NCBI GenBank assembly: GCA_046262635.1
Contig: JBHEMK010000067.1
Location: 8,152 to 72,151, forward strand
Length of the DNA: 64,000 nt
Source of the DNA: Gaiellaceae bacterium
Lineage (GTDB): Bacteria; Actinomycetota; Thermoleophilia; Gaiellales; Gaiellaceae
Direction: 5' to 3'
The number at the start of each line of letters is the position of its first letter. Positions within the stretch are counted from its first letter, which is position 1. This document shows positions 28,049-37,362 of the stretch, piece after piece. Position numbers and translations under genes: made by a program. The notes below the pieces were generated by a model, which saw nothing but the letters and a program-made list of their open reading frames with translations, ran no database searches and was not told the origin of the DNA.

Positions 28049-28512
28049 CAGGTGTCTCCTTCCAGGTGGTGTCGAAACTGCTCGGCGAGTTCAGCGCCCG
28101 AGAGGCCGTCGCGGGCCGCGACGAAGACCGTGTTCTCGCCGGCGATCGTTCCGGCGACCTCTGCCGCGCCGGCGCGGTCGATCGCCTCCGCGAGCGGACT
28201 CGCGAAGCCTGCCGGGGCCGTCAGGACGAGCAGGTTTCCGGCCGGCTCGAGCGTCAGGACCCAGCGCCGCAGCGCGGCCGCGAGCTCGCCCAGCCGGTCG
28301 AGGTCGTCGGCGCCAGGCAGTGCGTAGACGAGCCGCCCCTCGGCGTTGCGGACCTTGACGAGCCCGAGCTGCGCGATGTCGCGCGAGACCGTCGTCTGCA
28401 CCGCGGGAAATCCAGCCTCGCGGAGCGCGCTGGCGACCTCGTGCTGCGTCGCGAGGTCGTGCTCGCGGACGAGCCTCAGGATCGCCCCCTGGCGCTCGAA
28501 CTTCGTCCTCAT
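28048..28512 (-). CDS. argR: arginine repressor
   Basis: ATG 28512 (ATGA overlap with the argD stop). Sequence: MRTKFERQGAILRLVREHDLATQHEVASALREAGFPAVQTTVSRDIAQLGLVKV. Length is 154 aa. Confidence 0.9.
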   Translation of the reverse strand: MRTKFERQGAILRLVREHDLATQHEVASALREAGFPAVQTTVSRDIAQLGLVKVRNAEGRLVYALPGADDLDRLGELAAALRRWVLTLEPAGNLLVLTAPAGFASPLAEAIDRAGAAEVAGTIAGENTVFVAARDGLSGAELAEQFRHHLEGDT

Positions 28513-29627
28513 CGTAGGACCGCGCCCAGCGTCTCGATCGCGAGCCGGAGCTCGGGAGCCGAGATCGTCAGCGGCGGGGTCAGCCGCAGCACACGCTCGC
28601 CGGCGGTGCACACGAGCAGGCCCCGCTGGCGGCACGCGTCGACGATCTCGGCTGCCGGACACCCAACGTCGAGGGCGAGCAGCAGGCCGCGGCCTCGGAC
28701 GGCGGGGAAGACGTCTCGCACCTGCGCCTCCCGGGCGCACACGTCGGCGAGCAGCTCGTCGGTGAGCGTGTCGGAGACGGCGCAGGCGGCCGCGCAGGCG
28801 ACCGGGTTGCCGCCGAAGGTGCTCGCGTGGTCCCCGGGCTCGAGCCCCTGCGGGGCCTCGTCGGCGACGAGCAGGCAGCCGATCGGTAGCCCGTTCGCGA
28901 GACCCTTCGCGAGCGTCACGGCGTCCGGGCGGACGCCCAGCTGCTCGAAGGCGAAGAAGCTGCCGGTGCGCCCTGCGCCGGTCTGCACCTCGTCGAGCAC
29001 GAGCAGCGCCCCGCGCTCGTCGGCGAGCCGTCGCGCGGCGGCGAGGAAGCCGGGTTCGGCCGGATGGACGCCGCCCTCGCCCTGGATCGGCTCGACGAGG
29101 ATCGCAGCCGTCTGCTCGCCCACGGCTGCAGCGAGCGACGCCTCGTCGTTCAGCCGGGCAAATGCGACGCCGGGCACGAGCGGCCCGAACGAGGCCCGCT
29201 TCGCCGGCTGCCCGGTCACCGACAGCGCGCCGAGCGTCCGGCCGTGGAACGACTGCTCGAGCGCGACGATCCCAGGGCGCCCCGTCGCCTTGCGCGCCCA
29301 CTTGATCGCCGCCTCGACCGCCTCCGCGCCCGAGTTGCAGAAGAAGGCCCGTGCGCCGCCGAAGCGCTCCGAGAGCCGGCCGGCGAGTGCCTGCATCGGC
29401 TCCGTCCAGTAGAGGTTCGAGGCGTGCCAGAGCGCCCGGAGCTGCGCCTCCGCCGCCGCGAGCGGGGCGGGGTGGCCGTGCCCGAGCCCGACGACCGCGA
29501 TCCCGGCGGCGAGGTCGAGATAGCGGTTGCCGCCGGCGTCCTCGACCCAGCAGCCGTCGCCGCGGACGAGTGTGACGTCCTGCCGCGCGTAGGTCGGCAG
29601 GACGGCTCGAGCCGGAAGCGCGCTCAA
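28509..29627 (-). CDS. argD: acetylornithine aminotransferase
   Basis: TTG 29627 (TTGA overlap with the argB stop) inside ORF 28509..30056. Motifs: LPTYARQDVTLVRGDG, LDEVQTGAGRTG, TLAKGLANG, STFGGNP. Confidence 0.9.
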   Translation of the reverse strand: MSALPARAVLPTYARQDVTLVRGDGCWVEDAGGNRYLDLAAGIAVVGLGHGHPAPLAAAEAQLRALWHASNLYWTEPMQALAGRLSERFGGARAFFCNSGAEAVEAAIKWARKATGRPGIVALEQSFHGRTLGALSVTGQPAKRASFGPLVPGVAFARLNDEASLAAAVGEQTAAILVEPIQGEGGVHPAEPGFLAAARRLADERGALLVLDEVQTGAGRTGSFFAFEQLGVRPDAVTLAKGLANGLPIGCLLVADEAPQGLEPGDHASTFGGNPVACAAACAVSDTLTDELLADVCAREAQVRDVFPAVRGRGLLLALDVGCPAAEIVDACRQRGLLVCTAGERVLRLTPPLTISAPELRLAIETLGAVLR

Positions 29628-30292
29628 GCCGTCACCGCCGTCGCACCGATCTCCGTCCGCACGCCGAGCCGGGCCGCGGAGACGGCTGCCCGCAGCTTCG
29701 GCAGGATGCCGCCTTCGAACTCGCCGGCGGCGAGCAGATCGTTTGCCTCGCCGGCGGCGATCGTGGCGACGACCGCGCCACCGCGGAGCAGCCCGGGGAC
29801 ATCGGTCAGGAACCAGAGCCGGTCGGCCTCGAGCCCGACGGCGAGCGCGGCCGCCATCTCGTCCGCGTTGACGTTCAGCGGGCCGGCGGCAAGGGGAGCG
29901 ATCACCGGAATCCCGCCCTCGGCAAGGACGTCGAGCACCGCCTGCGGCGCGCTCGGCAGCGGCTCCCCCACGAGCCCGAGCTCCGGCAGCCACTCGGCCG
30001 GCAGGCCGATCTCGTCCCCCATCAGCCCGGCTGCGCCTGGGCCGATCGCCTCGCACAGCGCCGCGTTGACCGCTGCGAACGACTCACGCACCGCCGCGAG
30101 CGCGGCGGAGGTCGTCACGCGCCGGCCGTCGACGAACCGCACGGGCAGACCGCGCCGCTCCAGCTCGGCCGAGATCTGGGGGCCGGCGCCGTGGACGACG
30201 CAGACCTCGTAGCCGTTCGCGAGGTGATGGAAGACGGCCTCGGACGCGGACTGCGCTGCCGCCCCGCCCACCTTGACCAGGATCCGGCTCAC
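29624..30292 (-). CDS. argB: acetylglutamate kinase (compact, 222 aa)
   Basis: ILVKVGGAA, CVVHGAGPQ, NVNADEMAAALA. It has a GTGA overlap with the argJ stop. Confidence 0.85.
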   Translation of the reverse strand: MSRILVKVGGAAAQSASEAVFHHLANGYEVCVVHGAGPQISAELERRGLPVRFVDGRRVTTSAALAAVRESFAAVNAALCEAIGPGAAGLMGDEIGLPAEWLPELGLVGEPLPSAPQAVLDVLAEGGIPVIAPLAAGPLNVNADEMAAALAVGLEADRLWFLTDVPGLLRGGAVVATIAAGEANDLLAAGEFEGGILPKLRAAVSAARLGVRTEIGATAVTA

Positions 30293-31413
30293 GTGTGGTA
30301 GTCCGCATTGATCCGGACGTAGTCGTAGGAGAGGTCACTCGTCAGGTAGCTCGCGCAGCCGTCGCCGAGCCCGAGGTCGAGCTCGATCGTGCAGTTCGCG
30401 CCGGAGACGTCGGGCTCCACCTCCTGCACCACCCCGCCGGAGACGACCGTCGCTCCGGCGTAGCGAAGCGTCAGCCGGTCGGGCTCGAGCTGCGCGTAGC
30501 CGCCGTTGAACGGCGCCGATCCCGCCGCGGCGAGGACACGGCCCCAGTTGGCGTCGTGGCCGAAGAGCGCGGTCTTGACCAGTGGCGAGGTGGCGATCCT
30601 CCGCGCGATCGCCCGGGCCTCCGGCCCCGTCGCCGCGCCTTCGACCCGGATCTCCGCCAGCACGGTCGCGCCTTCTCCGTCGGCGACGATCTGCGAGGCC
30701 AGGTCGGTGCACGCCCGCCGCAGCGCGAGCACGAACGCGGCATCCGAGGCTGGGCTCCGCTCGAGGCCGCTTGCGCCGTTCGCGAGCAGGACGACGGCGT
30801 CATTCGTCGAGCACTCGCCGTCGACCGAGATCGAGTTGAAGGACACCTCGACGGCGGGCCGGAGGAAGTCGAGCGCCTCGCCGGGTGCGAGCGGGTAATC
30901 CGTGGTCAGGACGGCGAGCATCGTGGCGAGGTGCGGATGGATCATCCCGGAGCCTTTCGCCATCCCACCGACCGTGAAGCCCGGCCCCCTCGAGACGGCC
31001 AGCTTCGTCCGCGTGTCAGTCGTGAGGATGGCTTCGGCCGCGTCCGCGCCCCCGCCCGGCGAGAGCGCCCGAACGGCCGCGGCGAGCCCGGCCAGCACCC
31101 GCTGGAGCGGCAGCGGCTCGCCGATCACGCCCGTCGAGAGGACGAGCACCTCGGCCGGCGCCAGCATCAGCAGACCGGCTGCCCCGGCGGCGGTGGTGCG
31201 CGCGTCACGCTCCCCGCGCGCGCCGGTGGCCGCGTTCGCGACCCCTGAATTGATCACGACGGCCTGCGGCTCGGCCAGCCCGAGATGCTCCCGGGAGACG
31301 GTCACCGGCGCCGCCTGCAGCCGGTTGACGGTGAACATGGCGGCGCCCGTTGCCCGGACGCAGGAGCGGACGACGGCCAGGTCGGCCCGTGCGCGCCGGA
31401 TGCCGCAGTGCAC
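30289..31413 (-). CDS. argJ: bifunctional ornithine acetyltransferase / N-acetylglutamate synthase
   Basis: 374 aa from GTG 31413, with the autoprocessing site context GMIHPHLATMLAVLTTD. The conserved N-terminal SVTAPQGFVASG lies upstream in frame, so the true start may be CTG 31452 (see finding). Confidence 0.9.
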   Translation of the reverse strand: MHCGIRRARADLAVVRSCVRATGAAMFTVNRLQAAPVTVSREHLGLAEPQAVVINSGVANAATGARGERDARTTAAGAAGLLMLAPAEVLVLSTGVIGEPLPLQRVLAGLAAAVRALSPGGGADAAEAILTTDTRTKLAVSRGPGFTVGGMAKGSGMIHPHLATMLAVLTTDYPLAPGEALDFLRPAVEVSFNSISVDGECSTNDAVVLLANGASGLERSPASDAAFVLALRRACTDLASQIVADGEGATVLAEIRVEGAATGPEARAIARRIATSPLVKTALFGHDANWGRVLAAAGSAPFNGGYAQLEPDRLTLRYAGATVVSGGVVQEVEPDVSGANCTIELDLGLGDGCASYLTSDLSYDYVRINADYHT

Positions 31414-31448
31414 GCCGCTCGCGACGAAGCCTTGCGGGGCCGTGACGC

Positions 31449-32438
31449 TCAGACCGGCACCCCCGCGAGCCGGAGCCCGAGCGTCGGCTCCAGGCCGAGT
31501 GCGAGGTTGGCGTTCTGCACCGCCTGGCCTGCAGCGCCCTTCCCGAGGTTGTCGAGCGCGCAGACGACGATCGCGTGACCGGTGGCCCGGTCCTCGAAGA
31601 GCGCCACCTCGGCGGCATCGGTCTGCTGGACTCGGCCCAGCTCCGGCGTCACTCCCTGGGGCAGCAGCCGGACGACGGCGCTGCCCGCGTAGGCCTCCTC
31701 GAGCCGCCCGCGGAGGCCGTCCTCGGTCGGCCGGGCGTAGCAGGTCGCGACGAGGCCCCGGCGCACGGGGAGGAGGTGGGGGACGAGGCAGACGGGAAAG
31801 CCAAGCGCCCCGCGGATCTCCGGCGCGTGCTGGTGCGTACCGACCCGGTAGGGTGCGAGGTTTTCCAGCACGAACCCCGCGTGCGAGCTGGCCTTCGGCT
31901 CGCGGCCGGCGCCCGAGACGCCCGACTTGGCGTCGACCACGACGCTGCGGGGATCGAGGAACCCGGCGACGGGCGCGAGCGCGAGCAGCGCGGCGGTCGC
32001 GTAGCAGCCGGGGTTCGCGATCAGTCGCCCTGCAGGCGGGAAGAGCTCGGGCAGGCCGTAGCTCCAGGCAGCGAGTGAATCCGGACGGGGGTGCTCGAAG
32101 CCATACCAGGTCGGGTAGAGGGCGCGGTCGGCCAGCCGGTGTGCGCCGGAGAGGTCGACGAGGATCGAATCGTGCGGCGGGTCGAGGGAGGCGGCGCGCT
32201 CGTGCGGGAGGCAGGCAAAGACGACGTCGGCCCCCGCCGCGAGGGCGATCGTGTTCGGGACGAAGGGCGGCAGCTGCCCGTCCAGGCGCAGGTCGAGCGC
32301 CGCGGCGGGCTCACCGGCGAGCGAGTCGGAGCCGAGCGCAAGGAGCTCGAGCTCTGGGTGGGCGAGCACACGGTCCAGCACCTCCTGGCCCGCGTACCCG
32401 GACGCGCCGACGATGGAGACGCTGACTGCCATCGTCAT
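31449..32438 (-). CDS. argC: N-acetyl-gamma-glutamyl-phosphate reductase
   Basis: ATG 32438 inside ORF 31449..33467. Motifs: MTMAVSVSIVGASGYAGQE and the catalytic Cys in IANPGCYATA. Length is 329 aa. Confidence 0.9.
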   Translation of the reverse strand: MTMAVSVSIVGASGYAGQEVLDRVLAHPELELLALGSDSLAGEPAAALDLRLDGQLPPFVPNTIALAAGADVVFACLPHERAASLDPPHDSILVDLSGAHRLADRALYPTWYGFEHPRPDSLAAWSYGLPELFPPAGRLIANPGCYATAALLALAPVAGFLDPRSVVVDAKSGVSGAGREPKASSHAGFVLENLAPYRVGTHQHAPEIRGALGFPVCLVPHLLPVRRGLVATCYARPTEDGLRGRLEEAYAGSAVVRLLPQGVTPELGRVQQTDAAEVALFEDRATGHAIVVCALDNLGKGAAGQAVQNANLALGLEPTLGLRLAGVPV

Positions 32439-32478
32439 ATTATGCACACACACGCTTATCATGCGTAACGCGCCAAAA
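32436..32478 (-). promoter_or_regulatory. candidate ArgR operator (ARG-box-like half sites) in the AT-rich argC upstream region
   Basis: Minus strand gcgTTACGCATGATAAGCGTGtgTGTGCATAATATG. TGTGCATAATA matches the TnTGCATwwww half-consensus. ACGCATgatAAGCGT is an imperfect palindrome. Confidence 0.35.
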
Positions 32479-32818
32479 CCTGCGGCTGTCGGCCACCTCG
32501 GTATAGCCCGTTCAGCGGGGCGCTTCGTGTCCGGGCTTGACGACGAAGCGGTCCCCCGGCCGCGGACCTGTTCGGAGGGCGGGCCGGCACCGACGCGCCC
32601 GGCCCCGGGACGGGCTGCGCGCACTCGCAGAAGATCTTGTTGCACGACTCGGGCGCGGATTCGAGCTCTCGGAGCACCTCGCGGATCCGGTGGTAGCACC
32701 TCGCGGAAGCGCGAGCGCCGCTCGTGCCTCGTGCGGACGCTGAACCTCCCACTCGGGGACCGTCCAGCAGGCTGAGACCGGTCTGTCTGATCGCGCCGGG
32801 TCGCGCGAGACTCCGTGC

Positions 32819-33401
32819 GTGACAGAGACTGCGGTCCCGGTTGAGCTCGGCGAATCGGCTGCCCGCCAGGGCATTCTTGCGAGCGCCTACGAGCTCTTCT
32901 CGCGCCGTGGCATCCGGGGCGTCGGCGTCGGCGAGGTGGTCGAGCGTGCGGTCCGTCGCCAAGGCGACGCTCTACCGACACTTCCGCACGAAAGACGATC
33001 TCGTCCTCGCCTTCCTTGAACAGCGCGAGCAGCTCTGGACCCTGGAGTTCGTCGAGGCGGAAGCCGGGCGGCGCGGGTCCGTCCGGAGGAGCAGCTGCTC
33101 GCGATCTTCGACGTCTTCGACGAGGGTTGCGCCGGAGCGACTCCGAGGCGTGCTCCTTCATCAACGTCCTGCTCGAACTGGGCGCCGAACATCCCGCCGG
33201 CCTGGCGTGCATCGCCCACCTCGAGAACATCCGCTCGGTCGTGCGCCGCCTCGCAGAGGAGGCGGGGCTCCGGGACGGCGAGTCGTTCGCCCGCTCCTGG
33301 CACATCCTGATGAAGGGCTCGATCGTCGCGGCCGCGGACGGCGACCGCGACGCGGCGCGCGAAGTCGATGGGCCACGCCCTGGATCGAGCACCATCGCTA
33401 G
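32819..33401 (+). pseudogene. TetR-family regulator disrupted by about three frameshifts
   Basis: The TetR-like reading hops frames: ILASAYELFSRRGIRGVGVGEVVERA, then VAKATLYRHFRTKDDLVLAFLEQREQLW, then PEEQLLAIFDVFDEG, then SDSEACSFINVLLELGAEHPAG..SWHILMKGSIVAAADGD. Confidence 0.6.
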
Positions 33402-33513
33402 CTCGAGCGAAGCGGCCGAACCACCCCGGGTCTCTCGCTCGCGCCGGGCGAGCAGCTCCGCGTGCATCGTGCGATCGGGCCGGTCCCGAGGACGCCGGTC
33501 CGGATCGGGTCGT

Positions 33514-35334
33514 TCACCAGCCGACGCGCTGGCGCCGTTTGCCCGCCTCGAGCTCCGTGCGCGCGGCGCGCACCTCGGGCCGGTCGCTCACCTCGGGCAC
33601 CCCGACCTCCCAGAAGGCGCCTCCCGGCGTCCAGACCTGCTCCGCGGTCTCGATCGCGATCACCGTCGTCCGGTCGGCCGCCCGCGCGCGTTCGAGGGCC
33701 TCTCCGAGCTCCTCGATCCCGCCGACCGCCTCTGCGCGACAGCCGAGCGATGTGGCGTGTGCGACCCAGTCCACACGCGGGGCGCCGCCGAGCATGTTGT
33801 TGTAGGAGGCGCCGCCCTGCGCGAGCTGGAGCCGCTCGATCACGGCATAGCCACCGTTGTCGCAGAGGACGACGACGATCTTGTGGCCCGAGAGCACGGA
33901 GCTGTACAGCTCTGAGTTCAGCATCAGGTACGAGCCGTCGCCGACGAAGCAGATCACCTCGCCCGCGCTGCGGGCCATGCGCGCGCCCCACGAACCGGCG
34001 AGCTCGTAGCCCATGCACGAATAGCCGTACTCGCAGTCGAAGGTGGCGATCCCGAGCGAGCGCCAGTTGACGTTCAGCTCGCCGGGAAGGCCGCCGGCCG
34101 CAGCGACCACATAGTCGTCCGGCCCCGCGAGCGCGTTGACGGCACCGATCACCTGCGCATAGGTGGCCGGATCTTCGCCGCCCGGCGCCGTCGTCCGCTC
34201 GACGAAGGAACGGAACACGTGGGCCTCCTCCCGCCACGCCTGGTTCTCGGCCCGCCAGCCGCCGAGCGCCTCGCCCAGCTCGAGCAGCCCCTCGCGTGCG
34301 TCCGCCACGAGCGAAAGGGCGCGGTGTTTGGCCGCGTCGAAACGGGCTGCATTCAGCCCGATCAGTCGCAGGTCCTCGTCGCCGAAGACGGTCCAGGATC
34401 CGGTGGTGAAGTCCTGCAGGCGTGTGCCCACGGCGAGGACGACGTCGGCTGCCGCCGCGAGGCGGTTCGCTTGGTCGGCCCCGGTGACGCCGATCGGGCC
34501 GACGTAGCAGGGGTGGTCGAACCGGAGGCACGACTTGCCCGCGACGGTCTCGACCACCGGCAGCCCGTGCGCCTCCGCGAAGCGCGCCAGCTCCTCCTCG
34601 GCGAGCGAGTAGTGGACGCCGCCGCCGGCGACGACGAGCGGGCGGCGGGCCGAGCGCAGCGCGGACGCCGCCTCCCGGAGCGCAAGCCGGTCGGGCCGCC
34701 CGCGGCGGAGCACGTGCACGCGCGGCTCGAACAACCGCTCGGGGAAGTCCCACGCCTGCGCCTGCACGTCCTGCGGCAGGCCGATGAACGCCGGGCCGCA
34801 GTCGGCCGGGTCGAGCATCGTCTGCACCGCGAGCGGGAGCGCCTGTGCCACCTGCTCGGGCCGGACGATCCGGTCCCAGAAGCGGCTGACCGGGCGGAAG
34901 GCGTCGTTCACCGTGGTCGCTGGCGCGTCGAAGTGCTCGACCTGCTGCAGCACCGGGTCGGGGATGCGGCTCGCGAAGACGTCGCCACAGAGGAGCAGGA
35001 CGGGCAACCGGTTCGCGTGCGCGACGCCGGCGGCCGTCACGAGGTTGGTTGCACCCGGGCCGATCGACGTGGTCACGGCCATGATCTGGCGGCGGCGCAT
35101 CGCCTTTGCGAAGGCGACCGCCGCGTGGCCCATGCCCTGCTCGCTCTGGCCACGGAAGACGGGCAGTTGCCCGCGTGCCTGCTCGAGCGCCTGCCCGAGG
35201 CCGACGACGTTCCCGTGGCCAAAGATCGCGAAGACGCCGGGGAAGAGCGGCGCCTCCTCGCCGGCGACCACCGTCCGCTGCGCAACGAGGTAGCGGACGA
35301 TCGCCTGCGCGGTCGTGAGCCTGACGGTCTGCAT
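33514..35334 (-). CDS. iolD: 3D-(3,5/4)-trihydroxycyclohexane-1,2-dione acylhydrolase (TPP enzyme)
   Basis: ATG 35334 (GGGGAGGAG upstream) inside ORF 33514..35607. Motifs: MQTVRLTTAQAIVRYL, GDGSYLMLNSE and the typical C-terminus AFWEVGVPEVS. Length is 606 aa. Confidence 0.9.
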   Translation of the reverse strand: MQTVRLTTAQAIVRYLVAQRTVVAGEEAPLFPGVFAIFGHGNVVGLGQALEQARGQLPVFRGQSEQGMGHAAVAFAKAMRRRQIMAVTTSIGPGATNLVTAAGVAHANRLPVLLLCGDVFASRIPDPVLQQVEHFDAPATTVNDAFRPVSRFWDRIVRPEQVAQALPLAVQTMLDPADCGPAFIGLPQDVQAQAWDFPERLFEPRVHVLRRGRPDRLALREAASALRSARRPLVVAGGGVHYSLAEEELARFAEAHGLPVVETVAGKSCLRFDHPCYVGPIGVTGADQANRLAAAADVVLAVGTRLQDFTTGSWTVFGDEDLRLIGLNAARFDAAKHRALSLVADAREGLLELGEALGGWRAENQAWREEAHVFRSFVERTTAPGGEDPATYAQVIGAVNALAGPDDYVVAAAGGLPGELNVNWRSLGIATFDCEYGYSCMGYELAGSWGARMARSAGEVICFVGDGSYLMLNSELYSSVLSGHKIVVVLCDNGGYAVIERLQLAQGGASYNNMLGGAPRVDWVAHATSLGCRAEAVGGIEELGEALERARAADRTTVIAIETAEQVWTPGGAFWEVGVPEVSDRPEVRAARTELEAGKRRQRVGW

Positions 35335-35338
35335 CGCT

Positions 35339-36511
35339 TCACTCCTCCCCGAGCGGGACGACGTGCTCCCAATGGCCGGACTCCCACGAACGAACGAGGG
35401 CATCCTGCACGCCCACGTAGGCGAGCGCCGCGTCGAGGCCGGGCTCGTGCGGCTCGCCGCGCGCGATCGCCTGCAGGAACTCGAAGTCCTCGATCGCGAC
35501 GAGATCCTCGAAGCCGATCGTGTTCGCACTGCCCGGGACGAAGTTGCCGTGGGAGGGGAAGCGCTCGCCGCCGAAGACGGTGACGTAGCCGGTGTGCGGC
35601 TCGCCACCCGTGAGGTACAGCTGCAGCTCGTTCAGCCGCTCGAGGTTCCACGAGAGCGCCCCCTCGGTGCCGTAGACGTCGAACGCCATCTGGCTCTCCG
35701 GTCCGACGAGCGTGCGCGCCGACTCGAACGTCCCGCGCGCGCCCGACTCGAAAACGGCGAGCGCGCCGGCGTAGTCCTCGTTCGTCACCCGACCGGTCGG
35801 GTCCCCGGGCGAGCCGCGGCTGTAGTGCGTGCCCTCGCCGGCCGGAAGCGGCCGCTCGCGGATGAAGGTCTCAGCCGTCCCGACGACGCGCGCGATCGGC
35901 CCGAGCAGCATGTGCGCGAGATCGATCGCGTGGCTCAGGAGGTCGGTCGAGACGCCGTGGCCGCCCTGCTCGAGCCGGAACCGCCACGAGAGGACGCCGA
36001 GGGGGTCGGAGCCGTACATCGAGAAGAAGCGGCCGCGGTAGTTCGTGATCGTGCCCAGCCGCCCGGCGACGATCAGCGAGCGGGCGTAGCGGACGAGCGG
36101 CGCGAAGCGGTAGTTGTAGCCGACGCCGGAGATCACGCCAGCGCGCCGCACCGCGCGCTCAGCCCGCACGGTCTGGGCGGGCGTCCCGCCGACCGGCTTC
36201 TCGCAGAAGACGTGCTTCCCCCTCGCGGCCGCCGCCTCGACGATCGCGAGGTGGAGCATGTTCGGGGCGGTCACGACGACCGCCTCCACGTCCGGGTGGT
36301 CGACGACGCGCTGCCAGTCCGGCGTCGACTCACGGAAGCCGAAGGACTCCACCGCGTCCCGGGCGCGGGCGGCGACCGTGTCGCTGCAGACCACGAGCTC
36401 GGGGTCTGCTGCGCGATCGGGGAAGAGCATCGGGATCCGCCGGTAGGAGCGGCTGTGTGCCTGGCCCATCCAGCCGAAGCCGACAACGCCGATGCCGATC
36501 CGCTCCCTCAC
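35339..36511 (-). CDS. Gfo/Idh/MocA-family NAD(P) oxidoreductase, probable inositol dehydrogenase
   Basis: 390 aa with IGIGVVGFGWMGQAHS and the EKP motif in HVFCEKPVG. It sits inside the iol operon and has a GTGA overlap with the iolB stop. Confidence 0.85.
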   Translation of the reverse strand: MRERIGIGVVGFGWMGQAHSRSYRRIPMLFPDRAADPELVVCSDTVAARARDAVESFGFRESTPDWQRVVDHPDVEAVVVTAPNMLHLAIVEAAAARGKHVFCEKPVGGTPAQTVRAERAVRRAGVISGVGYNYRFAPLVRYARSLIVAGRLGTITNYRGRFFSMYGSDPLGVLSWRFRLEQGGHGVSTDLLSHAIDLAHMLLGPIARVVGTAETFIRERPLPAGEGTHYSRGSPGDPTGRVTNEDYAGALAVFESGARGTFESARTLVGPESQMAFDVYGTEGALSWNLERLNELQLYLTGGEPHTGYVTVFGGERFPSHGNFVPGSANTIGFEDLVAIEDFEFLQAIARGEPHEPGLDAALAYVGVQDALVRSWESGHWEHVVPLGEE

Positions 36512-37362
36512 GCTGAGGTCATCGGGCAGCGGGGGTCGACCGGCCAGTCGCGCCAGGCCTCGCGGATCCAGGCGTGGTCAGGGTCGTCGGCGAAGGCCAA
36601 CGCTCGCTCGCCCGGCCCGGCGAGGACGTTCAGGTAGTAGAGCGGATACCCAGGGGCGGCGACGCTGGGGCCGTGGTAGCCGCGCGGGATCAGAAAGGCG
36701 TCGCCGTCGCGCACCTCGACGGTGGCGTCGACCAACCCGTCGGCGGTGTACGTGCGGTGGAGGCCAAAGCCGTCGGCGCTGAACGCGGTCGAGCCGGCAC
36801 GGCCGACGCGGAAGTAGTAGATCTCCTCGAGCTCGACCGGTGAGCCCTCCGTGTCGTCGTGCTTGTGAGGCGGGTACGAGGACCAGTTGCCGGCCGGGGT
36901 CAGCAGCTCGACGCAGATCAGCCGTTCGGCTCCCGGAAAGGCCTCCGGGGTCATGAAGTTGTTCACCTGCCGCGTCGCCGGGCCCGCGCCACGGATCTCG
37001 ATCGGGACCGCCGTGGCGGGGACGTGGGCGGGCTCGAGCCTGCGCGACGCGCGCGCGGAGGCGACCGCGAGCTCGCACCCGCCCGCGCTCGAGAGCCGCA
37101 ACTGGGCGCCGACCGGCACGTACGCCCAGTCGCTGACGCGCGCGAAGACGCTCTCTCGGCCCGAGAGCTCGAAGCGGGTGCCGGCGACCTCGACGGCGGC
37201 GGAGCCCGCGAGCGGCAGCACGGCGAGCTCCACGCCCGCCGTCACAAGCTCGCGCGAGCCGCCTGGATCGAGGCGCACGACGCGCAGGCCCGTGTACGAC
37301 CAGCCCGCCCGCTCCGGTGTGATCTCGAGCGGGTTCTCACGGACGAGCAGCGTGTCAGGCAC
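36508..37362 (-). CDS. iolB: 5-deoxy-glucuronate isomerase (cupin)
   Basis: GTG 37362 (8-nt overlap with iolC) inside ORF 36508..37443. Motifs: NWSSYPPHKHD and EEIYYF. Length is 284 aa. Confidence 0.85.
   Translation of the reverse strand: MPDTLLVRENPLEITPERAGWSYTGLRVVRLDPGGSRELVTAGVELAVLPLAGSAAVEVAGTRFELSGRESVFARVSDWAYVPVGAQLRLSSAGGCELAVASARASRRLEPAHVPATAVPIEIRGAGPATRQVNNFMTPEAFPGAERLICVELLTPAGNWSSYPPHKHDDTEGSPVELEEIYYFRVGRAGSTAFSADGFGLHRTYTADGLVDATVEVRDGDAFLIPRGYHGPSVAAPGYPLYYLNVLAGPGERALAFADDPDHAWIREAWRDWPVDPRCPMTSA

Noticed and set aside
32459-32818. A possible small Cys/His-containing protein (..RCYHRIREVLRELESAPESCNKIFCECAQP..) on the minus strand in the 360-bp argC/TetR spacer.
   Set aside because: It is part of an ORF whose 5' half is antisense to the TetR remnant. 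There is no SD or sensible start, and third-position GC decays toward its 3' end. The opposite strand gives an equally plausible-looking frame. The spacer is left unassigned.
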